A DNA stretch of 64,000 nt from Chlorokybus atmophyticus (Eukaryota; Plantae; Mesostigma and Chlorokybus algae). The notes below the pieces were generated by a model. It saw only the letters and a program-made list of their open reading frames with translations. It searched no databases and was not told the origin of the DNA. The stretch is from positions 1-64,000 of the forward strand of contig RHPI01002119.1 of NCBI GenBank assembly GCA_009103225.1, given 5' to 3'. Numbering within the stretch: position 1 is the first letter of the stretch; the number at the start of each line of letters is the position of its first letter. Of this stretch, positions 49,601 to 62,800 are shown piece after piece. Made by a program: the position numbers and the translations under genes.

Positions 49601-51946
49601 TTTGGCGTTGTGCCTTCAACACAGGTGTCGTTTTGGTATTTGCTTTGTTGGCTACACCCTGCGCATGCGCATACGGTAGAGTTGCGAGGCAACAATGGAC
49701 ACTGTGTCACCCTCGCACCATGTAAAGATTACTACAGCTCCTAAAGCATAACGCCCAAAGAAACCAAAACAAACACACGCGCACGCAGGCATGCATGCGC
49801 GAGGATGGGTGTGTGAGCTGTTAATGTTTTGCGCAATGGCGCGCACGCGCGCGCACTGTAGTTTTGTGTAGAGCATATGTGCAGCCACCAGAAACGCTTC
49901 AGGTGATGCGAGCTGCAAGTATACCATGTGTCCGCACGCAGCCAAACCTTATCCCTGAACAGTCAAAGTAAAAATGTCTTGGAACAATTGTCTAGCATGA
50001 AATACTTACAACAACTCAGTGTAATGTGCACAGCTGTTTTCGTCTGTTCAAGCAAGTATGTTGCGCTGAGTTGCGTACAGTACACTGACCAGCTCATGCA
50101 CATTCCTTCACGCACCAGGGCGCCAAACAATCAACGCCTTCCCATACACTTTTTGTAATGCTACTCTGGTGCGCAATAAGCAAGGAACCTGGCAGGAACC
50201 GCTTTTATACTACGCTTCTTGCTACCAACAAAAAGCACCCCGCCTACCTTCTACAATCTCGACCTGCCCACTATACCTTCGCCGCTGCCGCCAACGTCCC
50301 ACCCGACCGCAACAGCATGCACTAGCAGACAACGTTCTGGCGCCAAAACCCTAGCTATGTGAGTCGCACAGCCAGTAACTTGGGCCTACTGGCAGCCTGC
50401 TATGTGGTACGCCTGGCGAGGATGTGTGGGATCCAAAGCAGAAAGAAACGTCACTGGCACATTACTAGCAGTAACTCAATAACAGGTGATGCCCTACATG
50501 ATCAGTCGAGGTTGATTACCACCGGTGGTGGGTAAAGTCCACTGACCGATATGCTGCTGTTGCTTGTTCCTTGAACTCACTCGTTATGTGTTTGGTTGTT
50601 ATCTTGTGCCACACATGATGCATGATTATGAAGTCGACCATGTGCATAACCCAATGTTAATTGAATTTCAACCTTATCATATTGCGCATTGATTTCACAT
50701 TACTTTAAAAACTTTATAATAGCGTGTCACGGAAGGGCTTGCGCACTTAATGTCACCGGCGGCGTTGTTTTCGTGTTGAACACGAAGCAAGCACATGCTT
50801 GTTGTGATGTGATGGGTTAACCCACCGTGTAAAATTACACGCATATACATTACGTTGCATATCATTTTAAAAAGGGTGCAAACAAGGTGAACTCCCAAAT
50901 GTTCAATGAGTCGAAGCATACAACAACAAACGTAAAATATGGCCATTGCACAAAGATAATCTTGGTACTGCACAAAGTCGTACTTTCTTGGCACATGACA
51001 ATTATTGTCATGTCGAAAGTTGGAGCCATGTCGTAATTGCGTTGCAGAATATAAGCCGCTCATGCCGTAATTGCTTTGCACAATATGGTACGCACTGCCG
51101 CACGGTGTGCGAATATGATGTAAGGTTCAGCCAATATTTCTCTTTGAGTAACGTGTTTGGCGTCATCCCCCTTGCCGTCACCCCAACCTTTACATTTGCT
51201 CACATACGCTGCGCGGGGGTTAGGCGCTCAGGTGCATTTTGCAACCGCTGCAAGCTGTTTTGCCTATCTTTGCATGTACGCACATAGCTCGAGCCTTGTC
51301 ATAATTGGCAATGAATGCTTGCCGTGTTGTTTGTAATAACGATGCTTACGTCTGTTATCATGATGTGCCATGCTATGCCTAATGGCTCAGTTGCTCTACG
51401 GTATGTCTTAATGAGCATACCTTTCATTATAAGCGTAAGTGGTAGCGCTGCTGCAGTGTGGGGTAAACAACATGGTACACTATGGTTAACCACATCAGAT
51501 TGATGCGTAGCTTGCAGCCCTAATGTGTGTACATTGATTGGTGTTTGCATGGTCGTATGCATGAAAATGTTTTGTCAAAACTTCATTTACGTCCTATGCG
51601 CAATTGGGATGAGCGCACTACATATCATATGCAGTTCATTGTCAACGTACTACATATACTCAAACTATTGCAAGATACTATTCTTTTTACTAGCAACCAC
51701 ACAACACATCCGGTTTTGTGCGCTGCTTGCACCGCTTGTTTCATCTCCACCAACCTCTGCACCAGTTGGAGACCACAGCGCGCAGCAGCCCAACCTGCGG
51801 CGATGACATCAGGTGGAGGTCTGTTTTGGGTAAAAAAACAGGCTCAACGACACTACGAGTGCAGTGAGTGTGTTTTTGCCGCGGCTTCCCAACCTGCTTG
51901 GCGCAACACTTGGCCGCGGCGGACACCGCGGTGGGCCGACAAAGGG

Positions 51947-54458
51947 ATGGAAGCGACGGCGGCGGCGGCGACCATGGCGGTGTGCAGGCCCTTGCGGGCG
52001 ACCGCGGCGATGCCGTCCCTGGCTTCGCCGTCCGCGCACCCAGTCGCGCTGAGGCGCTCGGCGCTGTCGTGGCATCGCAGCCTCGCCCACTCCCGGGAGC
52101 GGGATCTCTTCCCCTGCCTCTTCGTGCCGCAGCGCTGTGGCGGCGGCGGAGACCACCCCCACCCCCAGCAGCACCGCCGCCTTCACGGCGTGGGGGTTGT
52201 GCGGGCGCAGGCCGCTGACGTAGCACCCTCCTCCCCGCCGGCAGCCGTGAATGGCGACGACACCCACGGCCATCACCTCAATGGGGAGGAGACCGTGCCG
52301 GAAACTCTGATTGGTTTCGACAATAATGGCATGCACCGCGCCTCCACTAAGTCAGTGCACGCAGGTGTGTATACTAACACTCCTGCAACTACACAGTTTT
52401 CTCATGCGCGCTGTGAGTACTTGTCCAATGCCGTGACTTTGCAATCACAGTGTGAGCTATCTTGGCACTTGTGTGGGGTGCTGCGATCGCCAACACACAG
52501 TGCTTCTTGTGTATGTTCTAGCGAAAAGGGGACAACAACGCATTGCATTGCACCTCAGCGCAGCATTTCACGCAGGTGAAAGGGCGGGGCGGCCGCGAGT
52601 GTCGGACTCGCTGACGACACCCATTGTTCAGACTGCTACTTACACGTTCAGGGATACAGCAGAGCTTGTCGCTTTCCAGGCAAGCACTTTCTTGCATTCA
52701 CACAGCAGCATGTAGTGCCTTTCATGTTAGTACCCTCTGCATGCATTGCACAGTGTGCACGAATGCATGGTATTAGCTCCATGCCTTTCTCCATGCCATG
52801 ATCCGTCAGTTTGGGGCTCCTGTTGTCATGGTACGGTATTAACCCACATCAATTGCGTTGAGCAAGTGTCAAGTAGCGACGTTGTTATGCAGTAACACTT
52901 GAGTCAAACCAAAAGGCATGGATATGGCTGGTCTGTCATTGGTATGATATTGAAGTCAGCTGAAAGGCCAATGCAAGCCAATTGTTGCAAGTGTGAAATG
53001 TCACAATTACCATGCAGTAACACATAGAGTCAAACCAAAAGGCAAGGCTATGGTGTGTCATTGGTGTGATAGTATATCAGCTGCAAGACTATGCAGAAAC
53101 AGTCGGACAAGTAGCCACGCACTTGAACATTCGCAAGACTTGTCCGAATGGTGCTTCAGTGTAGATTTATGGTCTGCAACTCAGCTTAGTACATTGAGGA
53201 CTCCATTGGTTGCGTGATACACCAGCATGCATGGCTTTGCAAGCCAGTGGTAGCCTGCTCAGCAGCAGGGTGAAGTGGCACACACATGTGGTGGCTGATG
53301 TGACTGTCTTGGGTTTGCACAGGAGGGTAGGTATGGCAGCTATGAGTACGGGCGCTACGGCAACCCCACTACACGAGCTGTTGAGGAGAAGATAAGTTCG
53401 CTCGAGGGCACAGAAGAGACGCTGTTGTCGGCGTCTGGCATGAATGCCGCGACAACCATGCTGGTGGCGCTCGTGCCTCCAGGTGGCCACATTATTACAA
53501 CTACCGACTGCTACAGACGCACTCGACAGTTCATTCAGCACTTTTTGGGCCCCAAGATGGGCATTACGTGCACTGTCATAGACCCCGCAGATCACTCTGC
53601 ACTCGAGGACGCTTTGGAGAAGCACAAGGTGTCGCTGTTCTTCTCCGAGTCCCCCACCAACCCATTTCTGCGCTGCATAGACATACCACGAGTGTCGGCC
53701 CTCTGCCATGCAGGTGGTGCACTCGTGTGCGTGGATGGCACATTTGCCACCCCTGTCAACCAGTCCGCAACTGCGCTTGGCGCTGATCTGGTCATTCACT
53801 CTGCAACTAAGTACCTTGCTGGTCACAATGATGTGCTGGGTGGCACTATAAGTGGCCCGGTGGAGGTTGTGAAGACCGTGCGGGCCATGCACAACGTGTT
53901 GGGCGGGGTGGTGGACCCGCATGCAGCATACATGATTCTGCGCGGGATGAAGACGCTGCACCTGCGCGTGTCCAGGCAGAATGCCACTGCCTTTGCACTG
54001 GCACGCTTCCTCGAGGCTCATCCCAAGGTGGAGCGTGTGCATTACCCAGGGTTGGAGAGCCACCCTGATCATGAAGTTGCCCGTCGCCAGATGACGGGCT
54101 TTGGCGGTGTGGTCAGTTTTCAGATTCTGGGCGACATGTGGAAGACTGCCAAGTTCATTGATTCTTTGCGGCTGCCGTATATCGCACCCTCTCTCGGCGG
54201 TGTGGAGTCTCTTGTTGAGCAGCCTGCCATCATTTCCTACTGGCAAGTGTCTGTGTTCTTTTCTCTGTTGGCCTTCACCTTGCCGCCTGCAAGCATTATG
54301 GGATGTGCACAGCATCTAACTGTCGAATCTGCAGGGATCAAGGTGCGGAGGTCCGAGCCAAATTGGGTATATTGGACAACCTTGTGCGCTTCAGTTGCGG
54401 CGTGGAAGACCCTGAGGACATCATTGCCGATGTCGAGCAGGCGCTTACCCAGATATAG
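51947..54458 (+). CDS. CGS1: Cystathionine gamma-synthase, plastid-targeted; 4 exons
   Basis: Exons 51947-52364, 52576-52679, 53323-54242, 54335-54458. Motifs SVHAGE..DSLTTPIVQTATY, EYGRYGNPTT, SESPTNP, HSATKYLAGHNDVLGG (PLP lysine), IAPSLGGVESL, NLVRFSCGVED. Introns 2 and 3 have GC donors. Confidence 0.92.
52862..53100. repeat. Diverged 125-bp tandem duplication in CGS intron 2
   Basis: ATGCAGTAACAC..GAGTCAAACCAAAAGGCA..TGTCATTGGT..TCAGCTG at 52887 and 53012. Confidence 0.85.
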
Positions 54459-56460
54459 CGCTAACACCACAGATATGGCAGCGGTTGCTAGGGTTGATCT
54501 TGTGGGTGTGGCCACGCCGTCGAGGTTTGCCTCCCCTTCTTATCTGGTAGGGTTTTGCATCACTGGTTGCGTATGGTATTGAGTGATAGGCGTAGCAGGA
54601 GGTTGCTGCGAGGTTCATTTGCGTGGCAGTGAAGTGTTGCCACGCTTGTGACACACGTCAATCGTCTGTGTTATGTACAAAAGAGATACTGCTTGCTAGG
54701 TCAAAGCGGTTTGCTCCACGCACTCCGTGGTTATTGCCATGCTGCAGAACTCCGGCAGAATGCATCTGTTTGTAATTTTGGAGGGTGTACTGGGTGCTCT
54801 ATTATATTGAACGTGGTCGCTGGTCAGATTGGTTACTTGACAGTGTCAAGTTGACACTAATACTTTGCATCATGTGCTATGCATTCGTATAGCCCAGTGT
54901 TGCTGACATAGGGGTGATGCTTCGCAGTCCATCAAACACGCATGCCATCGTCCTTGCAAGTTGCTCTGCTCGGCAAGGGCCTGACCGTCTTTGTCTGTTA
55001 TGCGTGTACTTTATTAAGTGGATCGAGTTGTTGTTGAACTCAACCACTTATAGATAGCCCTTGATGTAATTGGGTACAACATTAATTGCAAAGTTCTGAA
55101 ATGCAGCTGTCGGGTGTAAATAGATTGTTGGTCACTAACAGTTGAATGTCCCCATCGATGACAGGCCATGCTGAAATTACGCACAACTTTTCCCAATGTG
55201 AAGCTACTTTGTGTGGCACAACAGTACTGACACATGGTATGATGGTATTACTTGCGTACAAAGCATACATGTTGCGAAATATGTGCGAGCCATGCGACAA
55301 AGCATACACACGCAAGTTGGATGCAATGATGTGGACTTACAAAGCGCTCTACATGCGCATGCACTGCATGATGGTAGCGAAGTTAAAACAGATTTTCTGA
55401 TGAAAGTTTGCGGCCAGGTTAAAACTGCTTTAGCATCGATGCTTTTATTGATCTTGTTGCTATAACAATAAATGGACAAATTATTATTACTATTATTAAA
55501 AACGAATTGCCAATGAGGAACGCGCATGAACTTTTCGTGAGTGTGCAATATAACCATGGAGTCTGCGAATTAAAGTTGCAAAAAATAGTGGTCATGACAT
55601 TGACAGCTATTCATTTGAGCAACTATATAAATTGGGCATATATTGACGCTCTACTTAACAATACACATTAATGCATGTGTTGACTCTATGTGTATTTTAC
55701 AGGACCTTATCACTAGCTTATAGCTACAAGAGTCGCTGCCATGAGTGAATGTACATCGCATACATGCATCCCATATGATATCCACATGAACACATTTGGT
55801 AAAATAGAGGGGCCCCCAGTAACATCCATACACAGCATGACATTGCGCAAGCAGCAGCGACAAGCATCAAATCTAATACAACTACCCCAATGCTAAGGGG
55901 GCCTAGAACCATGTGCAAAGCAGGCTGGTTGGGGCAGGAGAGGCTGTACCTGCAGAGCAGAGCAGAGGTTAGCCCCGTTTGTGGAAAGTTGCAATTGTCA
56001 GATATGTTTATTCTTTCTCTGTCACTTATGCATCGTTGTGTCTACTTGTATTCGGGCCTTTAAAGAATCCTATGTGTATTTTATCCAGAATAGATGTTTA
56101 CTGTGATTATCATAAGTCTTCTTATGCTTTGACATATCAAGATTGGTGATAGCAATGGATCAGTTGCAACAAGCTCCTTATCCAGCAGCTGGTCACTGGC
56201 GTGTATTACCTACGATCGGGTTGTAAGCTTATAGCAGTGTTGGCATTTGTGTGGTCTCAAGTGCGGAGTCCCAGGCAGGCGGTATGCCAATATGCTAATA
56301 TGCTAATACGCACAGATCCCAGAGATCCCGCATTTTATCCTGATCTCTACCGGCTAAAAACACGTCCCCCGTCGAAGTACTGACGTGGCCGCTCCAAGCA
56401 ACGGCTAGCGTCAGTGCGAGCACCGTGCTGCGCTGAGCAGTGCACTGCACAGCCTTCACC

Positions 56461-57163
56461 ATGTCGGCGGCGACGGCAACCACGCCTCTGGCGCTGCTGC
56501 GCGTGCCAACGGCAAGCAAGTCTCGTGCAGGGCGGACTATCAGCAAGCCTTCCACAGCCCTGCCTGGACTCGGTTCCGTCGCCGTCCTGCCCGCCAGGCT
56601 CCCCCGCCGCCGCCTGGCCGTCCGCGCCTCTGCTGAAGGCGGGGACGCACAGGAGGAGCAGAAGAAGGAGGAGCCCGCCCGCAAGCCAGCGGTACGCTAG
56701 CGTCGGCGTCATGTGGCGCCGGTGTCATGTTGTGTCCAGTACTGCTTGTCTGCGTTGCATTGCGTCATTGTCTCAAGCTTGGTGCCGGTGAGCCTATGTT
56801 TGAACTCATGCATTGCAGGCTAGCTTGCACAGCGCCGCCCTATTGTTCAGTGGGCAACCGGTAGTGTCTCGCGCATGTTGTGCATGTTAAGCTGACTTTC
56901 AGCCGCATTGACTACAATGCCTTGTGCATTGCCCCACCCACCAGTATGCTGGCACAAATTTGTCTCATTGGGCACATGGCACATTGCAGGGGATGTCCAA
57001 GGAGATGCAGGACAAGCTGAGGCAGGAGTACTTGGGCCTGGGCGGGGCGCCCAACGTGAAGATGTCGTCCAACTACTTCCTCTGGATCAGCATTGTCATT
57101 GGGGCACTCGCCATCGCCTTCTGGCTCCAGACTGGTGGCGGTGGTGGAGGCTATGGGTACTAA
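56461..57163 (+). CDS. Small plastid-targeted membrane protein, unknown function; 2 exons
   Basis: Exon 56461-56691 (transit peptide ..RRLAVRASAE) joined to 56990-57163 (KLRQEYLGLGGAPN..SNYFLWISIVIGALAIAFWL, one hydrophobic helix). Confidence 0.75.
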
Positions 57164-59392
57164 CTTTGCACCCACCAGGCCGTTTTGTACATTGCGTCGG
57201 TATTAATTTGTACCAAGCAGTTGAGTACATGCATGATGTACAACTCGTCATGCAAGCATGTAGTTACCATAACAAAACATGCCGCACCATGCATATTGTA
57301 GTGAAGAAGTCAGACTTCTATGGGGCGCCCCCTATCTACCCAACATGAATTAAGAGCAGCTGTGATGCTATAGAGTTAAGTGGCGTGCAAGTGCAAGTGA
57401 GTGACTTGATTTGCTCCTGAGACATTCTTATGGTAGTCTCCCTTGGGCCGTATCACAAGACTGCAAGCCGTGTGTGTAAACTGCACGGCCCGTGTGTGTA
57501 AAATGTATTATTGCTGCTAGTGTTATCATCTCGATTTGCGTATTACTTCTGCATCTATGCTGGCTTGGTTATGCACAAGCGATATTGTCTTGCTCAAAAA
57601 ATGTCATTATTGTTTGTAAATGGGGTGCTCTGAATGTACACCTGCTCATGACACATCTAATGAAGTCATCATTAGCATGCACTCTTAATCATGCATGTTG
57701 TTGCCACTAACATGTTCAAGTATATAGCTTATTGTAATTGTTGCCTTTGTGCTCATGTTAGCTTGTGCTTTTCAATGGTACAAGGTCTTGACAAGATGTG
57801 ATGAGCACAACTCATCACTCATTTCACAAATGTTTAAACGCAAAGTGGTGACACGGCACCTTTGTGCTATTGTTTAAGATGGAAATGAGTAAAGCAAAGT
57901 GTTGAGACTTTGCATACATGCCATATTGTAAAGTAAGCATTAACAGCTATGCAGCATGCAAAACAATGAAGCCAGCATAATAGCAGAGTAGCAACTTCTT
58001 ACAAATACAACATCAATTTGCCCGGGTTGCTATATGCTTTGCCTGCCCCCTACCTTGTGCTGGTAGTTAACTTTAGCAGATCTGTCCCAACTGCCACTGC
58101 CTGCTGCTTGCACGCACATATGTTGCAGCCCCCTCAGTGTAGCTAGCTAGCTGTGTGTTGCTGGTTGTGGTGTATTTATTGCTTGTATTGTTGTTGCGTT
58201 GCTTCTTGGCCCCTGTGCTATACCCTATGATATGTGCAAATGCATCTGGCAGTGGCAAGTATAACCGCAGGATGTGTTGAAGTGTATCATAATACCATAG
58301 AAATTATTAAGGTAATACTTTCAATGCGCAATATCTTACTGCAATCAGTTAGCAATACAGATGTAATCAACACCTCTGAAATGAGATACTCATTACGGAT
58401 TTATTATTCACTTGTGTGCGAATTGATCAATTGCAAATGTTGTGATAATTAATAATCAATTGACGTCAGGGTTGTTACACGTTTTGATATAACAGCATTT
58501 GTGAACAACATTCTTGTAAACATAAATGCTTGCACTAGTTTAGCCGTTGCTGGTAATCTAAAATCTTTTTATTTAATGTAATAGCAACTTATGCGTAACC
58601 TGAGGGGTCATTAACCATTCGGCCACGGTAGTAAGGGTCGCTGCCATGAGTGGTGCAACATGCCTCATTTATATCATGCATGGAATGAGATGGTCCACCC
58701 ACAACGTATACTTGAAGTCTTTAATGACAATAATGTGTAGCCAAAATTTGAGTGCCGTCGCTCACATATACATGGCGTAGGCATGGGATGCAACAATATA
58801 TTATCATATCCTACTCCCTTGTGATTATATAGTGGAGTAACGGGGTTATTGACGCATAGCAACAAGCCACGAGCAAAACACATGACATAAGTATTGTTGG
58901 CAGCAAGCAAGGCTTGATCGGCAATATCAATGCATTAATGCATCAAGGCCAAGCTATAAGGGGCTAGCTCCTATGTGTGTGCAATGCACAGATTGACGCA
59001 CCTATTGTAGTAAACGCTTGGAAGTGCTGTTGTGAAAGCAAATTTATGTAAACGTACATGTACATCATCTTCAATTCATCATGCGAAGTGCCAGTGTTAC
59101 ACCAAACATCAAACATGCCTCACACAAGTATAATCATTCTTCAGCAAGGTTCCTCACTTTCGATGTTTCACAACAGATCAATAACGAAGTTTTTCACATG
59201 AACTCAACAATACACACTACAAACCATCAGTAATAGTCCATCACACATCTTGTGTTGAATCTGGTGGTGTGTCGTACATGCCCCTCAACACCAATAATGG
59301 TGGTGTTTGGAGGATTATGCTATAAGGGGCAGATATACCGTATTTGTGCGCATACCCCCCCCCCTCTAGTACAACAACTCCATTGATTTCTA

Positions 59393-59520
59393 GGGGGGGG
59401 GGGGGGGGGGGGGGGNNNNNNNNNNNNNNNNNNNNNNNNNNNNNNNNNNNNNNNNNNNNNNNNNNNNNNNNNNNNNNNNNNNNNNNNNNNNTTTGTGGGG
59501 GGGGGGGGGGGGGGGGGGGG
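59393..59520. other. Assembly gap flanked by poly-G tracts
   Basis: G run 59393-59415, N 59416-59491, G run 59497-59520. Confidence 0.95.
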
Positions 59521-59527
59521 CTTTGTT

Positions 59528-59873
59528 TGTAACTGTAGGGAGAGGGGGTGCTCCCTCCTCCCTTTAATTCCCTACCCCAACACCACCACCAGCCACGACG
59601 CCCACGCCGCCGCCGCCAGGGGCAACTGCCGAAGCAGAAGATCCCCTGGCTATGGCGGTCGCTGCGTTAGCAGCGCCGCCATGCGGCTGATATCGCCATG
59701 AGAGACTCATGTCTCATGTCGATATCAGTGTTACAGATAAGTAACATTACATTAGGGCCTTAACATAAGTTAACGGCCCTAATATGGCTTAATAGGCTGT
59801 ATAATCCCGTTGGGACCCTTATTTAATCCTAAATAAGGGCGGGGAACCTCTATGGAGGTAGCACACCGTTACA
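59528..59873 (-). mobile_element. 3' LTR (346 bp) of the Ty3/gypsy element
   Basis: Perfect terminal inverted repeat TGTAAC...GTTACA, directly preceded on the minus strand by a polypurine tract (AGTAGGGGGGAA, about 59874-59885). The 5' LTR is outside the window, so the boundary is unconfirmed. Confidence 0.8.
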
Positions 59874-62800
59874 TTCCCCCCTACTTAGGTTTTAATGTCC
59901 TCATTGAAGGGTTAGCAAAGCCCCACCACGAGTAAAAAAACGAAAGTAGTAAGAGAATCAGGGCCGAAGCGGTAAAGATGTCTGCCAGCACCCTTTTATC
60001 GTCCGCGTGTGGACACAGTACTCCAGTACCCCCGAAGAATCTCCTGGCAGTTGGTAAGATTCCTTTCGGGCTCCCATGTATTGTGCTCAACACCATACCC
60101 TTTTCATTTCACCAAGTAAGACGGCGCACGTCCGCGTCGAGGCTTACGATGATTCAGGATTGCTTCCACCTCATACTCGAAAGTATCGTCGCCATCCACT
60201 GCAACGGGGGGTGGAGGAGGTTGAACCCGACCGTCAGAACGGTACGGTTTCAGTACACTCACATGAAACATATTGTGAATGCGTATCGATTTTGGCAAGT
60301 CCAAACAATACGCGTGAGTGCCGACGCGATCAATCACTTTAAACGGGCCTATCCAGCGAGGGAAAAACTTGCGGGTACCCACTCCCTTGATGGATATGTT
60401 TTTGGTGCTGAGAAGTACCGAACAGCCCACATCGTAGTTGGCCTCTCTACGATGCGCATCAGCATGGGCTTTTTGTCTGTCTTGCGCTGCGCGCAACAGT
60501 CTTTTGCCAACGCTAACCTATCCTGCATGGCCGAAGCCATCTCGCGCGCTGCAGGTACGCGAGTTATGTCGGTAGCGGGCAAATTAATGTTTGCAGGACT
60601 CAGTGGATGCACTCCATAATTCAAGAAAAACGGAGTTTCATGCACACTCTCTTGCCATGCATTGTTAATCGCGAACTCAGCCATTGGGAGATAAACATCC
60701 CAATCAGATTGGTTCGGACTCACATAATGCCGGATGGTTTCCTCAATCACTTGATTGGCGCTCTGTTTGACCATCCGTCTGTGGATGGTAAGCTGTGCTC
60801 ATGTTCTGCTGAATATGTAAGAAGCTGCATAGCGACTTCCTGAACTGAGCTACAAATTGCGGATCGCGATCAGACACAAAGTTACGAGGCAAGCCATGTA
60901 ACTTAAACACAGAGGCGGCAAAGAAACCATCGCTAATTCACGGGAGCCTATTTCCGTGCGGCAAGGGACAATGTGAACCATTTTGTTAAACGATCCACAA
61001 AAACTGCAACCGCAGTGTGCCCTAATGCTGTTTCCGGGAGCTCAGTAATTAGGTCCATACTCACAATTTCCCACTTGCCATCAGGAACAGGCAAAGGTCG
61101 CAGCAACCCAGCGGGTTTCTGACGTAACGGCTTGTCACGCTGACATTTGTCACACGTGTCAACATAATGCTTCACGTCAACAGGCAACGATGGCCACTAG
61201 TACAACTGTTGCGCTGCCTTAGTAGTCTTGCGACCGCCAAGGTGCCCAGCATACGGTGGATCGTGTACTTCAGCTATGCATTTTATGCGCAACCCCAGCC
61301 TGGTCCGGTAACACCAAGCTGGCGCCCATATAATACAAGTTGTCTCTTTTGTCAAGCTGTTGTACATTCTGTTGTATATTGAACCATGGGTCTAATGCAT
61401 ACCCCTGTAAAACAGCTTGCACAAACTCATCATCAGGAGGCAATGTACCCTGCGTTGCAAGCAACTGCACACACATAACTGCCAACAATGACAGACAGCG
61501 ACTCAGAGGATCTGCCACGTTGGTTCTGCCCGGCCGGTATACCCATTCAAAGGTGAACCGCGACAGGAACTCAGTCCAGCGAGCTTGCCTACGCGACAAG
61601 TTTAGCTACTGAGAAGTACACCAACGGGTTGTGATCAGTCACCACTGTGAACTGAACTCCCTCCAAGTAACATCGCCATGTTTCAAGAGCATGCACTGTA
61701 CCAAGCAATTCCTGCTCAGTGGTAGTGTAGTTTACCTCTGCTGGGATGAATTTCCTACTCTCATAAGCACATGGTCGGCCATCCTGTAGCAATACTGCAC
61801 CACACCCAAGGGTGGAGGCATCGCTAATCACAGTGAAGTGTTTATCCCAATTTGGCAATGCCAATACTGGTGCCGAAGTCAAAGCCAGCATCACTTGTTG
61901 CATAGCAGCTTCGTGTGCTGCTGTCCAAGAGAATGGGGCATCCTTTCGCAACAGTTTTGTCAAAGGCACCACAACTGTAGAGTACCCCATCATAAACTTG
62001 CGAAAGTAGTTTGCCTACCCCAAGAATGATCGCAATTGATGGATATTCTTAGGTAGAGGCCAATCCTTTACCACTTGCACTTCGCGAGGGTCAGGTTTGA
62101 CACCCGCACCACTCACATTATGCCGTAAGAATGGCAATGTCTTGCAAAAGTCACACTTTGACAAATTGGCAAACAAACGATGTGTACGCGGCAAGGCAAA
62201 CACCGCTTCCAAGTGCTGCTTATGCGCTTCCTTGGTTTTACTAAAGACAATGATGTCATCCAAGTAAACCATAACATACTTGCCAAGTATGCCACCAAAA
62301 ATCTTATATAGTTCCTTCTGAAACACTGCGGGCGCATTAGTCAATCTAAAAGGTAACACTTTGTATTGGTAATGGCCCGAAGGTGTTCTAAATGCTGTCC
62401 TGTAAACATCAGAAGGATGAATCCGGATTTTATGATACCCACTTGTCAAGTCTAACGTACTAAAGTACGCATTTCTCGACAGTATATCAAACACATCATC
62501 AATCCGGGGCAACGGGTATCGATTCTTTACCGTGATTTTGTTCAAAGCACGGTAATCCACACACATGCGCAGCTTTCCATTCTTTTCAGCACAATCAAAA
62601 CTGGGCGCGAAAAAGGGTGAAGAACTCGGTTCAATCAATCCCTTTTCCAATAACTCTTTGATTTGAGTTTCCATTTCTCCCCTCTTTCGGAGGCTCAGCC
62701 TATATATAGGCCGAAACGGAGGTTTTTTATTAGGAACGAGTGGTATTGTGTGTCCGACACCTTGATCAGGAGGTAAGCCTGGCAACTCATCTGAGAACAC

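Noticed and set aside
54700-56200. Short ORFs in intergenic DNA here and in 57200-59300
   Set aside because: AT-richer than the genes, no motifs and no coherent exon structure.
58600-58635. tRNA A-box-like string GTGGCCGAATGGTTAA on the minus strand
   Set aside because: No B-box, cloverleaf or terminator; too short to call a tRNA or SINE.
59528-59873. Hammerhead ribozyme (retrozyme) in the LTR
   Set aside because: No CTGANGA...GAAA core on either strand, and the element is an autonomous-type gypsy.
47849-62017. RIP-like or non-CG deamination bias suggested by TGG>TGA/TAG stops
   Set aside because: Ascertainment bias: stops arise from few codons. It needs alignment to a consensus, which I cannot run.
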